A DNA stretch of 64,000 nt from Eledone cirrhosa (lineage: Eukaryota). How positions within the stretch are numbered: position 1 is the stretch's first letter; each line of letters starts with the position of its first letter. The notes below the pieces were generated by a model. It searched no databases, had not been told where the DNA came from, and worked only from the letters and a program-made list of their open reading frames with translations. A program made the translations under genes and the position numbers. The stretch covers positions 10,912,001-10,976,000 of the forward strand of contig OZ024750.1 in assembly GCA_964016885.1 (NCBI GenBank), read 5' to 3'. This document shows, one piece after another, positions 13,193-28,539 of the stretch.

Positions 13193-14060
13193 AATACGCC
13201 CTCCACCCACCATCGTCAAGTCAAACCTGATGCTTTTCTTTAAACAATCTACCCCCCCCCCCCCATAACTGTGCAAGCCATCACAATATTGATATTAACT
13301 CTCATTAGTGGGTTTTTGCTAACTACGACAAATTTCAGATTTGGCTGTCTTTTTAAATCTATACATTGGTTTGGAAGCCAAAATATTTAAAGATCTATAA
13401 TTGTAATTAAGGCATTACTCTTAGGTTGTGTTTCTAGACTATCGTTTAACATTACTTACGTTGCTATTAGTTATGTCTCACCTATTAATTCTATTGTAGA
13501 TGCTTCACCAGACTCATGTAGTTCATATTGATACAATCTTCAGCAAATGGTTGCATTTGCTTTTATGTATTTGATAAATATTCTTCGTTTTGTCTGAGAA
13601 TAACAAGGCTTCTCTGATGATATGAGTTAAGGGATATCATATTTGAACTATTTTAAAAGGCATTAAAGGCTTACGAAATTTTATCCTTATGACGATGTTT
13701 AATATGACTGATTCAAAGTCCTCCAGTCTTTTGACTTTTGTAAGAAAGATCCAGTATTTAATCTGACTGAAGTGTTCAGTACGAGAACTATTTTACTCTG
13801 AGTCGTTGAAGAATGCCTTCTACCTCATCCAGTTGATCAGGTTTATTATTTTCTACATTAGTCTCCTGGTGTAGTACTCATTAGATAGTGTTGTGATAGT
13901 TGGCATCAAATAGTTGAAACTGTACGAATACATATTTAATTTCCTTTGAAATAACTGAGCGCCTACCATCTATCCTTTTCAACATCGGTTCCATTGGTCC
14001 AGTGATAAGCTCTAGTCACAGCTGCGATTCGAATGTCAACCTCCATATTTTCACATAAAT

Positions 14061-14137
14061 ATAATTGTTTCTACTATTGGCACAAGGCCAGCAATTACCC
14101 CAGTGCATTACTGGTACTTTATTTTATCGACCCCGTA
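14061..14137 (-). mobile_element. SINE 3' fragment
   Basis: Family consensus 3' half. Confidence 0.75.
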
Positions 14138-15185
14138 AAATTATCACTAGTCTGACATATGTTTGTGTATATTTTTTATAATAGTTACACCAACCCATAA
14201 ATGATATTTCTATAGAATAAATATAATTCAGAAGGTCAACAGTTGACATACTTCTATTATTTATCGACAAACTATGTACGTATCGATGTACACATTCAAC
14301 AGTTAGCTCCCGGTTTCGGTTTTGAAGATGTTCAAAGAGTCTTGAGGAACAATTGCTGATCATACAGCCTCGGCATATGACTTGAAAAAAACATTCCAGA
14401 CTTTACAGTTAGACAGTATTTAATCAAGTCTTTGATGCTAAGTTATTTGATTTACTCTTCCCAAAATATCTTAGAAGGAGATAATAAAACTAATATTGAT
14501 ACTTAGTTTTACATAATATATACTATATAAATATTAAAGTACGCTTTCCTCAAATCTTTTGAAACTAGACGGCCACCATTTTCTGGTTTTATTAATGCCA
14601 TAAAACTCTCAATATTCTTCTAAACATTCTCATGTTTTAACTTAGTTTACTTATAAAAACAACATACTTTCTTTTTATAACTATTCATTATGATTCATAA
14701 GTGAGAAAACAGACGGAATAATTAACATTTAATCACCAATATATTCTTGTATATAAATTTAATGTCGGTACACTATATGTATATATGTGTGGGTGTTTGT
14801 GAACTTATGAATGTCAATGTATGTATGTATGTAAATACGTAACTCTATGTATGAATATTTTTTCTGGGTTATATGTTAATACTTGTATTTGCATAAATAG
14901 GAATAGTAATGGAGATGTGGGTTTTACACGATTATTTGTTTAAACATTTTTCTATAAGTGCATATGTATAATGGATATGAGGTAAATACGACAGATATAT
15001 TAACAACTTCATAAATAGATACACACACACACACACCCATATATATATATAACACATGCACACACACAGATATATATATATATATACAACACACACACAC
15101 ATATTTACACACACACACATATATATATATACATATATATATATACACAACACAGCACACACACATACACACATTCATATATGAG

Positions 15186-15290
15186 ATGAAACAGTTCTAG
15201 TCTTGTAGAAGCCATTTCTATATTAAATATTTATACTCTGCTATGTATTGATTACCTTATTTATTGTGGTTACCCCTAATTGAACCCGTG

Positions 15291-15291
<1 letters not shown>
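15186..15291 (+). mobile_element. Hammerhead-bearing element family C fragment (3' half of ribozyme only)
   Basis: gaaacagttctagtcttgtagaagcc...tgaacccgtga matches the 56118-56310 element. Confidence 0.6.
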
Positions 15292-15453
<162 letters not shown>

Positions 15454-15761
15454 CGATATTAAATAAATGGAAACTATATTTATAAAACCATATTTATTTC
15501 ACTATATATATTTCAGGGATATCATATTAACAATATGTTATGCCTTCTTCAGATAAAATACAATATAGACAGTTTTATAGATAAATAGATTTGACATACC
15601 GTTCAACATCGACTTGTATTTGAAAAAGTTGATTTGGCAGTTGATTTAATATCGTAAATATTTGATTTAATATCGTAAATATACTCCAAATACTTGTTGA
15701 GTGCTTTTATATCAGTTATAAATATTTACTAGTTGTAACCCAACAATTTAAATATAACTTT

Positions 15762-15802
<41 letters not shown>

Positions 15803-16377
15803 AATAATTTTGATCAATACACAACAATATCGATCGTATAGTCCGGTAGTGGAACAATAAAAAATTGTTTTGAAAAGAACCACTAAAATGACTAATATAC
15901 TAAAAATTACATCAAACACATTCCCAGCACATGTAAAAGAAACCAAAATGGCGATCAAATATATGACTTTCAAACTCCCTATACTTACCCAACACAAAGA
16001 AATTATATATATTCAATAATAAATGGATTAATTTCCACTCTGACCAGACTTAAGACTAGATTAGATATATCCGGAGCTGTGTATGTTAGGATTGTTATAC
16101 TTTGTCCTTTAGTCGATTACATACATGGCATAAATCTGTTAGAATATGGAGCTAACACTACAAGGGATAGCTTTATGGTGATACAGCCATTCACTATCTA
16201 CTCTAGACCGCCTTCATTTCAATATAACAATGTATGTTTGTATAAGTATATGTGTTCGATGCACAGGCAAGCTCAAGCACACACACACACACATATATAT
16301 AATACACATGTATATAATACACATATGTATATATAATACACACATGTATGTAATACACACATATATATAAAACACAC

Positions 16378-16490
16378 ATTAAAGTTTAAGCAAAGAGTCG
16401 CTGCTTTCACCCTTAACGGGATCTTCTGAAACTCGTTAACAGTGAAAGCAGCCACTCTTTGCTTAAACTTTAATCTGTTATTTTAATAAA
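16378..16490. mobile_element. Fold-back copy of hammerhead-like family B
   Basis: aaagtttaagcaaagag...ctctttgcttaaacttt inverted arms; same sequence as 23829, 35656, 60340, 60536. Confidence 0.65.
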
Positions 16491-17121
16491 TATAATACAC
16501 ACATATATATAATACACATATGTATATAATACACATATGTAATACAATGTAGATAATATATATATATAAAGATATATAATACATATGCATATTATACATA
16601 TGTATAACACACACAACACCACACACACTTTATACTTAAAATGTATGAAGCAAACGCGTGTCGGAAGTAAAAAGTTTACATCAAAGTGCACGTGTCTGAA
16701 ATAGATAATACGGTAATATTTGTTAGTGTCAAGGGATATTGGTATTTACAATATAGCCACAACATTATTATTTCTGATAATCTATTGATCTATTTGAAGT
16801 AATATCCACTCTCCATAGTGTATACATTCTTTTTTATTTTCCTTCGCCTTCTTGGCAAGTAAAATCAGAATCTGTATGACACATGTCACACAATGGAACT
16901 TCAGCTGAAAGTCATTCATGACAAGTAGATCCGTGTTTTCTTTTAGTAAAGATCTCCGTGTAGTTGTTCTTCATGTTAAATATCATTTCTGCGTTGGAAG
17001 TGTGTTCTTCAGAGATATACAAAGGTATATGGATTTGATTTGAATATTCTTTGCAAGGAATCACACGTGAATAGACACACACGAATATATACACCAACAC
17101 AGACACATTTAACGCAAATAA

Positions 17122-17251
<130 letters not shown>

Positions 17252-17502
17252 CTTGTTCGGTACTCACACTAAATCTACAATTAAACAACGCAAAATACCC
17301 ACAGAATTGATTACATCTAGTGCATATACGGTAATGGACGCACTCACATACACACCACATGCACTCACACACACAATCTTACGAACATAATGATATGGAA
17401 GCGCACACAGAGAAATATATATATATATGTATATATGTATATATATTTGATATATATTTATCCAAAGAGGGCTCGCTCTCTTTGGATTTTAGTCTTCAAA
17501 TT

Positions 17503-17542
<40 letters not shown>

Positions 17543-17547
<5 letters not shown>

Positions 17548-17756
17548 AACGAGTAGGACCCCGACGGCTGAGCTCAAGCCGTTTCGATGGCTAATTCTGG
17601 ACTGAGTATTATCTGAGTCCAGAATTAGCCGTCGAAACGGCTTGAGGTCAGCTGTCGGGGTCCTACTCGTTCCTATTACCCACTCTACTACCCTAAGTAT
17701 TGAGTACTTTGGTGCGTTATGGTCCACCTGGTTCCTTACCACATTTCCTTCGTTAT
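17543..17756. mobile_element. Fold-back element family A (Penelope pLTR-like) between (TA)n tracts
   Basis: About 60-bp inverted arms 17543-17676 plus an extension shared with 22055-22226 and 59710-59892; contains gaaacggc...gc(c/t)gtc (hammerhead stem III and GUC). Confidence 0.65.
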
Positions 17757-17775
17757 ATATATATACACACACACA

Positions 17776-17862
<87 letters not shown>

Positions 17863-17959
17863 TTTTCTGTGTGAAAAAAAAAAGCGTTTATATATATATA
17901 TATATATATAAATAACTTTTTTCTTTCCATTTTTCAGCCAATCGATCGAACTGTTCACA

Positions 17960-18590
17960 TTACACTTAAGCTGTGATTATTTGGCTTTGTCACAAGATTT
18001 CAAACTCCACTACATCCGCCATATTCTACCAAACATTTAACAAGAACGTCCGGGAATAGAGATCTTGTTTCGGATGAGGTTTTGCTTGTTGTTCGGATTG
18101 ATCTATTGTCGTCGGAGTTGAACATTCTTATAGAGTATCCAGGTTTTATCACCGGTTACTAGACAGTTAAAAAATGGAGACTTACATTCTCGAGAATGAA
18201 GAGCAGAGCAGATGTTGATGCGCTCTCTTCGATTGTTTTTACTCAGTTCACGTAGAATCTACTTGACAAGCTTAAACATCTCTCCAAGTTCCTGTAAATG
18301 GCGTTGCACGGTTGATGCCACTGAATTAATTCCTGCTGCTAACTCTTTAAGAGTTGTATGGTGATTCTTTCAATAGGAGCTTTCAGCATATGTATCAAAA
18401 GAGACAGGACGCCCAGGGCGATGGCTCTATTCTACTTCAAAGTCCTCTTGTCTAAAATTAGGGAAGCATCTTTGGTGCTTACGAACATTCTCAACACCAT
18501 CACGATACATGTTTTGAATATTCCTTTCAGTATTCTTAGTACTGTTTCCTTTTTTGAACTCTTATAGTAAGACGTGTCTTCTGTGACTTC
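17960..18590 (-). pseudogene. Mariner transposase, N-terminal/central part, degenerate
   Basis: Minus-strand translation RHVLL*EFKKGNS...HRPGRP...LRELSKNNRRERINICSALHSR...PFFNCLVTGDKTWILYKN, matching mariner HTH and VTGDEKW motifs; stops and frameshifts. Confidence 0.85.
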
Positions 18591-18822
18591 TAATTTTATG
18601 AAAAATTATTAAAACAACAATTTCTAACATATATCTACAAGCAGGAAACAATCTGATTAAAGCTTTTCTGTCGCCGCTGTATTTATATATAGAACTTAGG
18701 AAAAGTCTAGTATAGATATACTGGAACATATTTTACTGAGAAAAGTATAAGAAACAACATAGGTCATCCTATAAATAATATCGCTTTTGATTGTAGGCTT
18801 TGAAGGGATAAAAAATACAAAT

Positions 18823-19083
18823 TTAATCAAGTATATATTCTTCTTCCAAATTAATAACATTCTTCCAACGACGTAAATAATTTTTTATGCGATTCCTAAA
18901 AGAATCAAACGGTTTTGAGGGGAAAATGTCGCGTAATTCCATTTCAAGTGCTTCTAAGGAACTATACTCTTTTCCATTAATAAAATCCTGCAAAATTCGG
19001 AATAAAGAATAATCTGAAAGAGCAGGTTCCGCAGAATAATGTGGAAGCCTTTCTCAGCCAAGTTCTTCTATCTTAGAAAACGT
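18823..19083 (-). pseudogene. Mariner transposase C-terminal part, degenerate
   Basis: KIEELG*ERLPHYSAEPALSDYSLFRILQDFINGK...SKP...RRWKNVINLEEEYILD*, matching the LGWEVLPHPPYSPDLAPSDYHLF motif. Confidence 0.85.
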
Positions 19084-19599
19084 TATTATTGCACGAAATA
19101 TAATGCATTATATATATCTATATAAGAGTAGACATTATTTGTTTTCTTTTCTATTTTTCCTTTCATGTTCTTGATAATATTCTGTTACCATATCTTTCGC
19201 TTTTATTGCATCTCGTTTGTCAAGTTTAGCTTCTCATGCACAATTGCATCTATTATTAAACTTAATGATTCGAATTTATTTGATTTTATTCCTTTTACAA
19301 TTTATTCTTTAATATTCATTTGCTTGGCTTCTCACAATTCATATTTACAGATATTTTATTTTCTAAATCTTAGAGAAAATCAACTAAAAAATAAACATAA
19401 ACAAACAATTCTAGAAACAACAAAACTATTTTCATTTATTGAAGAGTGTATACTGCAGATGTTGCTTGTGGTCATTGTAGGTCCTCTAATCAGAAGGGAT
19501 TGATGCGAATAATGTTTTAATTTGATCTCTAAATTATCTGTGCACGGAATAGAAGGATTCTAGAGAACTGATGTTCAAGTGAGTGGTTAGTGGAATAAT

Positions 19600-20300
19600 A
19601 TTGTTGAGGTTGTTAGTGGTGGAGTTGTTGTTAATAGTGGTGGTGTTGGTGTTGGTTTTGTTGTTGGTGGAGTTGGTGCTGGTGGTGTTGGTGTCAGTGT
19701 TGGTGGTTTTGTTGGTGGTGGAGTTGTTGGTGGTGGAGTTATTGTTGGTAGAGTTGGTGTTGGTGGTGTTGGTGTTGGTGGTGTTGTTGTTGGCGGTGTT
19801 GGTAGAGTTGGTGTTGGTGGTGTTGGTGTTGGTGGTGTTGTTGTTGGCGGTGTTGGTAGTGTTGGTGCTGGTGGTGTTGGTGTTGGTGGTGTTGGTGTTG
19901 GTGGTGTTGTTGTTGGCGGTGTTGGTAGTGTTGGTGCTGGTGGTGTTGGTGTGGTGGTGTTGGTGGTGTTGTTGTTGGCGGTTTGGTAGTGCTGGTGCTG
20001 GTGGTGTTGGTGTTGGTGGTGTTGGTGTTGGTGGTGTTGTTGTTGGCGGTGTTGGTAGTGTTGGTGCTGGTGGTGTTGGTGTTGGTGGTGTTGGTGGTGT
20101 TGTTGTTGGCGGTGTTGGTAGTGCTGGTGCTGGTGGTGTTGGTGTTGGTGGTGTTGGTGTTGGTGGTGTTGTTGTTGGCGGTGTTGGTAGTGTTGGTGCT
20201 GGTGGTGGTGATGTTGGTGGTGTTGGTGGTATTGTTGTTAGTGGTGGAGTTTTTGGTGTTGTTGGTGATGTTAGTGGAAGTGGTGGTCGTGGTGATGGTT
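19600..20300. repeat. (GGT/GTT)n compound trinucleotide minisatellite with higher-order units
   Basis: Recurring ggtggtgttgttgttggcggtgttggtag block; register slips near 19950-19985. Confidence 0.9.
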
Positions 20301-20616
20301 AGTCACAATAGAAATAAATATAGGAGAAACCGTTTTCATCATATAGGATATATTTGAAGCGGTGTACAACACACTAGTTCAAAGGCGCGGAACCTTACGC
20401 TCCTTATATGGTATATTTCATGTCTACTCTTTCCGTGTGTTTAATTCATATAAACATATAGACCTAGCAATAATTAACTGGTGTATGTTCGGTCCCTTAG
20501 GTTATTAAGTAGCTCCTTGTTTATTTAACTATACTGCCAACGTCTGTGTAGTTATTTTGACTATTTAACTCCTGACATGTATTAGATATAGACAACACAC
20601 TATGTTTTCAGTAATT

Positions 20617-20756
20617 AATTGTTTCTACTTTAGGCACAAGGCCAGCAATTACCCAATGCATTACTGGGGCTTTATCTTATCGACCCCGTAACGATGAAAG
20701 GCAAAGTTAACCTCGGCGGGATCTGAACTCAGAATGGAAAGGGCCGTAACTCTATG
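20617..20756 (-). mobile_element. SINE, main family, 5' truncated
   Basis: Family consensus. Confidence 0.8.
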
Positions 20757-22054
20757 GTCGATCTATATAACAATCTTTTACGGTGTCAACAATAGCTGAA
20801 TAAATGAACACACACACACACCCACACCCACACACACATATATATATATTTATAAATATACATATACATATATATAGTGCGGCTATGTTTGTCCAAGCCT
20901 TATTGCTTTATTTACGATCAGAAACCTAATATACACAAGAAAAAAAGCAATATATTTCTTATTTTTACCAAGTCAAAATCGATATGCTCTTTATAAAAGA
21001 TATCGTTCGTTGTCACCAAATCGTCCCAAGGGATGTTTTCACATGAAAACATGATAACAACCCTAGAAATATTCTTCCCTCAACTGATATCAAACAAGTG
21101 ATGGTATTCGATTTTTTTAAGCCTTAGTTCCGTGTCTAAATGAGTCTCTGGACCAGAAAAGGCTAATTAGAGAATGCTTAGCTCTAACCAGAGTAGATAT
21201 TGTTTGAAAACAAAATTTAAATGTCTCTTGCCTATCAGTTGTGGCCTCTGAAGTTCTTAATTCTTTCTGACATTTGGTGTTAAGAGTAAGAAACGATACT
21301 ATGCAACAGGTGTAGGAATTCAAAACCATCAAGCCGAAAGATGTCACATCTCTGATATTACGAAAGAATCTAACAATATATAAATATATATATTAAACGG
21401 AATAGAAAATAACAAAATGAAGTACAATAAATATGACAGCGGCAGCAGCCATCAGAGAAATAAAACCACAAACACAAGAGAGAAGAAATTTACCAATAAC
21501 AAATATCTTTAAAGAATATCTGAAACAATTGAACTGGAATTATTTGCTTGCTCCATTGATCCAATCATTTTTGTTTAGTGAATCGTACTTTATTTATGTA
21601 AAGAATGGACTTCTTTCATATTCTAACATTTTATTTTTGTATATATTGATGAAGTTAGTAAAACATTATTCAGTTTCAGGAATTTGATTTTCAACCCCCT
21701 CCCCTTCCTAGCTTCCTCCTTTATATATCTTTATATCGATACATTGAAGAAGATACCATTTCGAAATCATGAGAAACTTTAGAGGGCTGGGCAAATTGCT
21801 TGATCTTTCAGATATATCTTCCAGAAGCCACCCCTACTAGTTTAATACAAAACAAAGAGTTATTTGACAGTGTAGTAGATAGATAACAAGAAAACGAATC
21901 GGAAGGATCATGTTTGGGAGATTCTGTATTACAGGTCTGATAAGTCTGGACTGGCACGGAGGGAAATAACAAAACACAAAACAAAACACAAAACAAAAAA
22001 AAAAACAATCTAGGTTTAAAACGATTAAAATTCTCAATATATATATATAAATAT

Positions 22055-22226
22055 ATAACAAAGAGGTTGTAGTAAGATACCAGGTGGACCATATCTCACC
22101 AGAGTACTCGATACTTAGTGTAGTAGAGTTGGTAATAGGAAAAAGAGTCAGGACCCCGACGGCTGAGCTCCGGCCGTTTCGACAGCTAGATCCGAACTAA
22201 GCCAGCAGTCTGGGGACCTGACTCTT
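22055..22226 (-). mobile_element. Fold-back element family A
   Basis: Homologous to 17543-17756 and 59710-59892; short inverted arm at 22203-22226; microsatellites on both sides. Confidence 0.65.
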
Positions 22227-22310
<84 letters not shown>

Positions 22311-22573
22311 GGTGTGTCATAAAATGGAGCACAACACTCAGCAAACGGTTCATTCACGTATGTAGCTATTGAATATATCCCCCCCCCCCCCAAAAAAAAA
22401 ATATACACACACTTTCATTACCTGTACAGGCAATATTTATTAGAATTCCTGTTAAAGTGGGATTGGACCCCGTAACTGTTCATGCTTCAAATTAATTATA
22501 CCTTTACTGACAATTAAATATATACACACATATACTCAAAAAGACTCTATCCACCTCGAAAAGAAACTATAAT

Positions 22574-22761
22574 TAATTGTTTTTACTTTAGGCACAAGGC
22601 CAGCAATTACCCAGTGCATTACTGGTACTTTATTTTATCGACCCCCGTAAGGATGAAAGGCAAAGTCAACCTCGGCGGGATTTGAACTCAGATCGTAAAG
22701 GGACGTAACTATGCTGGAAAGCATGGCGTCCGACCCTCTACCGATACTGTCAATCCACCGC
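22574..22761 (-). mobile_element. SINE, main family, with TSD ctataattaat
   Basis: Family consensus and direct repeat. Confidence 0.88.
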
Positions 22762-23761
22762 TATAATTAATGACACTATTATCTATAACATAAATTGTTA
22801 AATAAATCTCGAGCAACAAATGCACTATATTTTAATAACGAGAATTAGTTTCAAGCAAACCTACATAATATACACCTCCATTAAATAGTAATAGACGTCT
22901 TTTATTTTCCTTTCCATAATTTATACAAATAAATACCATTAAATATTGTTTTGCTTTTGACAAAGCAAGTTTATGTTTGTAAAGAAAGCAAATAGAGTTG
23001 CTAACTCGACACCTGTAGAGTAATAGTGCTTATTTTATCGATTTCATTAACATGAAAGGTAAACTTTGGGTAGTTGTTATGTGAACTTAATGAAATGTGG
23101 CAATAAATAGAGTAGAATATTTAGTGCGTCTTTCAAATGTCTACCGCAATCCATTAGTGCAGTTCAATGAGAAAATATAGTGAATTAACTATTATTTCTC
23201 GTGGTTATATATGAGACAGGTACGCGTGTAAGATATAATGAAATTAGTTCTATATACTCTTAGTGAAAAAGAGATTTAAATATCATTAGACTAGACTGTC
23301 TAGTTCGAAATCGATATATCAAAACGGTACGGCAGGTATAAAGTAATGTGGCTACAGTAAATCACACGTGATTTGTCAGCTTGCATTATTTAAAATTTCT
23401 GCAAACGGGCAATTTAGAGCGATCTCGTACAATAGGTTTATATAATGATATCACATTATCAAATGCATCTAATCTCAATAAGATTAGATTAGATCTACAT
23501 AATCTCTCTTGCTATTTAAATATGTGGGAATATATCATGTCTCTTGCATTTGATAAAGGAATAGACGAATGCATACTGCATATCTAAAGGTTTTCTGACA
23601 TCCAGTTGGATCATTATGATTAGTCATATTTTGATGTGTTTGTATATATTTGACAATACGTCAAACTGCTTTGTCATTCTTCCAGCCAGAAGCACAGAGT
23701 AACAATCAATTTAAGATGTATTACAGCGTAATGCAGTCTATTACACTGAATGTAGGGTGTA

Positions 23762-23822
<61 letters not shown>

Positions 23823-24085
23823 ATAATTTCAGAAGATCCGGTTAAGTGTGAAAGCACCGATTCTTTGCTTAAACTTTAATCTGTTCTTATTATATATATA
23901 TACACTATGTTAAAGTATCAATACCTATTTAATATTATGATGATCATATTTCTCAATAAATAAACTCGATGGACCTTGGTTCAGAGTATCAATAATTTAA
24001 AAAGATATATGCAAACAGAAAGAAGCATGTATCATTTGAGAAACACAGCATTTTGTACATATATTTCTATAGCAAATAATATTCA

Positions 24086-24185
<100 letters not shown>

Positions 24186-25202
24186 GAGAGAGAGAGAGAG
24201 ATTGTATGGAAGTGTTTATGTGTTGAGGGTATGTGTGTTTGGATATATGTATTTTCTGCTTGTCAATAAAATGTAGAGAGAGAGAAGTAAAACAAATGAT
24301 ATTAAATTTTTAAATACTTTCAACTGACAATCTTCTAAGTAGCATGTTAGCAAACGATTATAAAATAATTTATATCATGTTTATGTCATGAAAACATGTC
24401 TTCCTGACTAAATTCCTTCAGTGTAAACAATATATTACAAACCAATTTCTTACATGGACATGATTTGAATTTACTTACAGCTGATAACAGAATGACAGAA
24501 TAAATCACATCTTGTGAAATATTGAGTCGATTTAACAGATTCTTCAAATCAAAATAGGATTCGGTTAAGTAGATTGGTTATTTTAAATGTAAAACTGTTA
24601 TATGAATATTCTAAATTCTAATCACGTTTCTTATTAACATTTAGGTTAATGTGCATTAAACATACTTTAGTCCACTTATATATCATAAATGTTAGTGTTT
24701 TTGTTTTCTTGTATTTTACCCTGTTCATATATAATATACACGCAATCATATACACTAAAACACAATAATTCTCACGTACTTTTTCGTAGCTCTAGTAGAA
24801 AAACCTCTTTAAGGTGATGAAATATTACCTTAAAAACTTTCCTAAATCTAAATATGTTTATTTTTTTAAACGAATAAATGTATTCTCCAGATAAAAAAAA
24901 AAATTATATAATCATTTCGATAAATATAATTTTAAAATTCGATTAGAGAGTTTGTTGAGTAAACAGAATTAATGAAGCATTGATTAACGTCCTTCAACCA
25001 GAAGAAAATCAAATCAAAGGAATTATTCAATATAAGTTTTGCAAATACATAAATTCATAATTTTCAGCATTCACATTTCAACGACTATCTCGTGGGCACT
25101 CCTAACACTCCAGCATTTATCACCTTAGCTGATTGATTCCCGTGGGCAAATATGTCACATTTTCATGTCATGTTTTACATGTATAAACGAATAATTTAAA
25201 TA

Positions 25203-25575
25203 TAATTGTTTCTACTTTAGGCACAAGGCCAGCAATTACCCAGTACATTACTGGTACTTTATTTTATCGACCCCGTAAGGATGAAAGGCAAAGTTAACCT
25301 CGGCGGGATTTGAACTTAGACTGTAAAGGGACGTAACTATGCTGGAAAGCATGGCGTCCAACCCTCTACCGATACTGCCAATTCACCGACCTTGAATAAT
25401 TTAAATATAATTGTTTCTACTTTAGGCAGTGCATTACTGGTACTTTATTTTATCGACCCCGTAAGGATGAAAGGCATAGTGAACCTCGGCGGGATTTGAA
25501 CTCAGATCGTAAAGGGACGTAACTATGCTGGAAAGCATGGCGTCCCACCCTCTACTGATACTGCCAATCCACCGA
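25203..25575 (-). mobile_element. Two tandem SINEs
   Basis: Family consensus twice; gaataatttaaatataat before, between and after. Confidence 0.88.
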
Positions 25576-25719
25576 CCTTGAATAATTTAAATATAATATA
25601 CATTTATCATAAACACACATATATATATATATTATATAAAAAATATGGAAGAGAAGAGGGCTGTGTGGTTACTGATAACGGGTGTTAAACGATAAGGGGA
25701 CACAAACAAGAGGTGGACA

Positions 25720-25761
<42 letters not shown>

Positions 25762-27039
25762 AGAGAGAGAGGTTTTTATCTTTTGAAAGATTTCTTACCT
25801 GAATACGTATGTTGAAACAGATATTTTTATAATTTGGGAGGGTCGTGTTGCCAATAAAAACACGCGCACAAATTGGTTTTTCACTTAAATTTATTACAAA
25901 TTTCCAGTTGGTTTAATAACCGAATGGTTGAATTTCTGATTTGTCGCAAGAATGTATTTGCAAGTAGACATCAATTTGTAGATATCAATTATTAACAAAG
26001 GTTTTGATTATCTAATGATATCTTTTAATGTTATAATATCTGATAAATATATTTCTTCTAAAGTGACATGAATATACGTAATAATAGTAGCAAGAATACA
26101 TATACTCTAGGAATCTGATGTTAATTCTAGCAGAAGTGTTATTAGCATGAATCTATTAGCAACGTGGTTTCATAATTAATATTGAATTCTTGACATACAA
26201 TGTTTTGATTTTAGGGATGAATTAGAAAATAAAATAAAATTATACAGAGAAATTAATGACTCTTAATGAAGATAAAAATAATAACAACATTCTCATACAC
26301 ACATGTTACAAACCTTATATCTGAATCAACGTTTATATGTGTATACATCAATTAGAAATATTTGAAAATTATAAGTTTGATATATTCTAACTGGCAGTGT
26401 GAACAACGGGAAGTTCGTTCTAGCTGACAGCAATTAGCAAATTTATTAATAATGAAAAGAAACAGAGGGAAAAGAAAATAAGAAGTCGAAAAACAACAAC
26501 AATACATTAATCAAGAAAAAATAACTTAAAAAAACAAAACAAATTCACTGGAAGAATTATATTTATTATGTATCGTTGTGAAGTAGTTGAAAGGTGATGG
26601 TAAATGTTGAAGTTGAAATATCTCTGATCAACTATTCATATGACAAAAACCATTTGTATAATTCAAATATATTTTATACCGAGCCATTAGGAAATTAAAC
26701 TGAAAATATGGTTTACGAAGATGGACGTATACAACAGGGAAATTTGGTGAATGATGTGTTTATCTCCATCGGTAATTCAGTAATCCATTCTAATTTGTTA
26801 TCAGCTAAATGTAAACTTAGTTAGACATAATACAGTTAGAGATACATGACTTGCTTTCTAAGAGGAATAACTTTCTATAGCAATAGTTTTGCAGTTTAAT
26901 GAAATTCAGTAAAATGGAGAATTAGTATTGAAAATGGTAAGAGATGGAACAGAACCCGATATTGATCGTTGTTCTAACGATCGAATCGCTAACGATTCTT
27001 TTACACGAAATCTCCGGTAATGAATATATTGATTTCATG

Positions 27040-27445
27040 AGCCAGCACTGATGGCTTGAGCTGGGCATCCCACTTGTCTTAGGGGAAGTGGACATCTATG
27101 GAGGGGAGAGAAGGATGGATGCCCACAGGTGATGGCCGGGTCGGTTCCATGTCACGTTAGTCAACTCGCGTACCCAGATCACAGCAGGTTCTGTTGTGTT
27201 GTGGAGAAACCTCTTGTTGAAGACACGTCAAGAGAACAAGACCAATGAAAGAACTTCCAGCAAGGTTAGTGAGACTGGAACCCGGAGACCGAGGCCACCG
27301 TATCTGATGGATAAGGTGGCCTGTTGTGATCCGGTGTTAGTAAGATAGATGTCCCATGTCTCCTCAGCAGCCCTTTGGAAACATGCGTCAAGGTCTGTGA
27401 GAATAGATGCGTGGGTATAGCAGCGAGCACAGTGCTGCCATATAC
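27040..27445 (-). mobile_element. CRE-clade retrotransposon internal (post-RT) fragment
   Basis: ILTDLDACFQRAAEE...QQATLSIRYGGLGLR, matching the QATLP.R.GGLG+R motif of CRE-like elements. Confidence 0.65.
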
Positions 27446-27454
27446 ATATACCCC

Positions 27455-28125
<671 letters not shown>

Positions 28126-28539
28126 TGATAACTGATTTGATATAAAATAATACAATAATACACACGGTAAATAAGTTATTAAAAATCAGTTAACGTCACG
28201 TTCGTATATTTGGAAATGAATATAAATGAGATTTTAATTCGTGCTAAAATCTATATTTTAAATGTCATAAAAAACAATGGAAATATAAACAAACAGAAGT
28301 AGACGCATTATAAACATTTACGGCGAAAATATCTACGTATATTATGTATAAGATACAATAGTCTAAAGCCATCAGAAAACCTTTTTTCTTGTATTATCAG
28401 TGAATGGATTGGCAGTATCGGTAGATGGTCGGACGCCATGCTTTCCAGCATAGTTACGTCCCTTTTCGTATATTATTAGAAAGCAAATATTTACAAATAC
28501 CACTTTCTTTACATTGATGCTTATATATATGGATTCCAT

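Noticed and set aside
13480-13950. Highly decayed LINE-like coding remnant on the minus strand
   Set aside because: Only vague motif resemblance with many stops; cannot be classified by eye
19583-20357. Plus-strand Val/Leu/Gly-rich ORFs as a membrane or structural protein
   Set aside because: Entirely explained by the GGT/GTT repeat; start codons are GTG/TTG and the frame slips
22143-22226. Complete hammerhead with deleted core on the minus strand
   Set aside because: The apparent stem I 5' strand is better explained as a short inverted copy of the 3' arm, as in other family A copies
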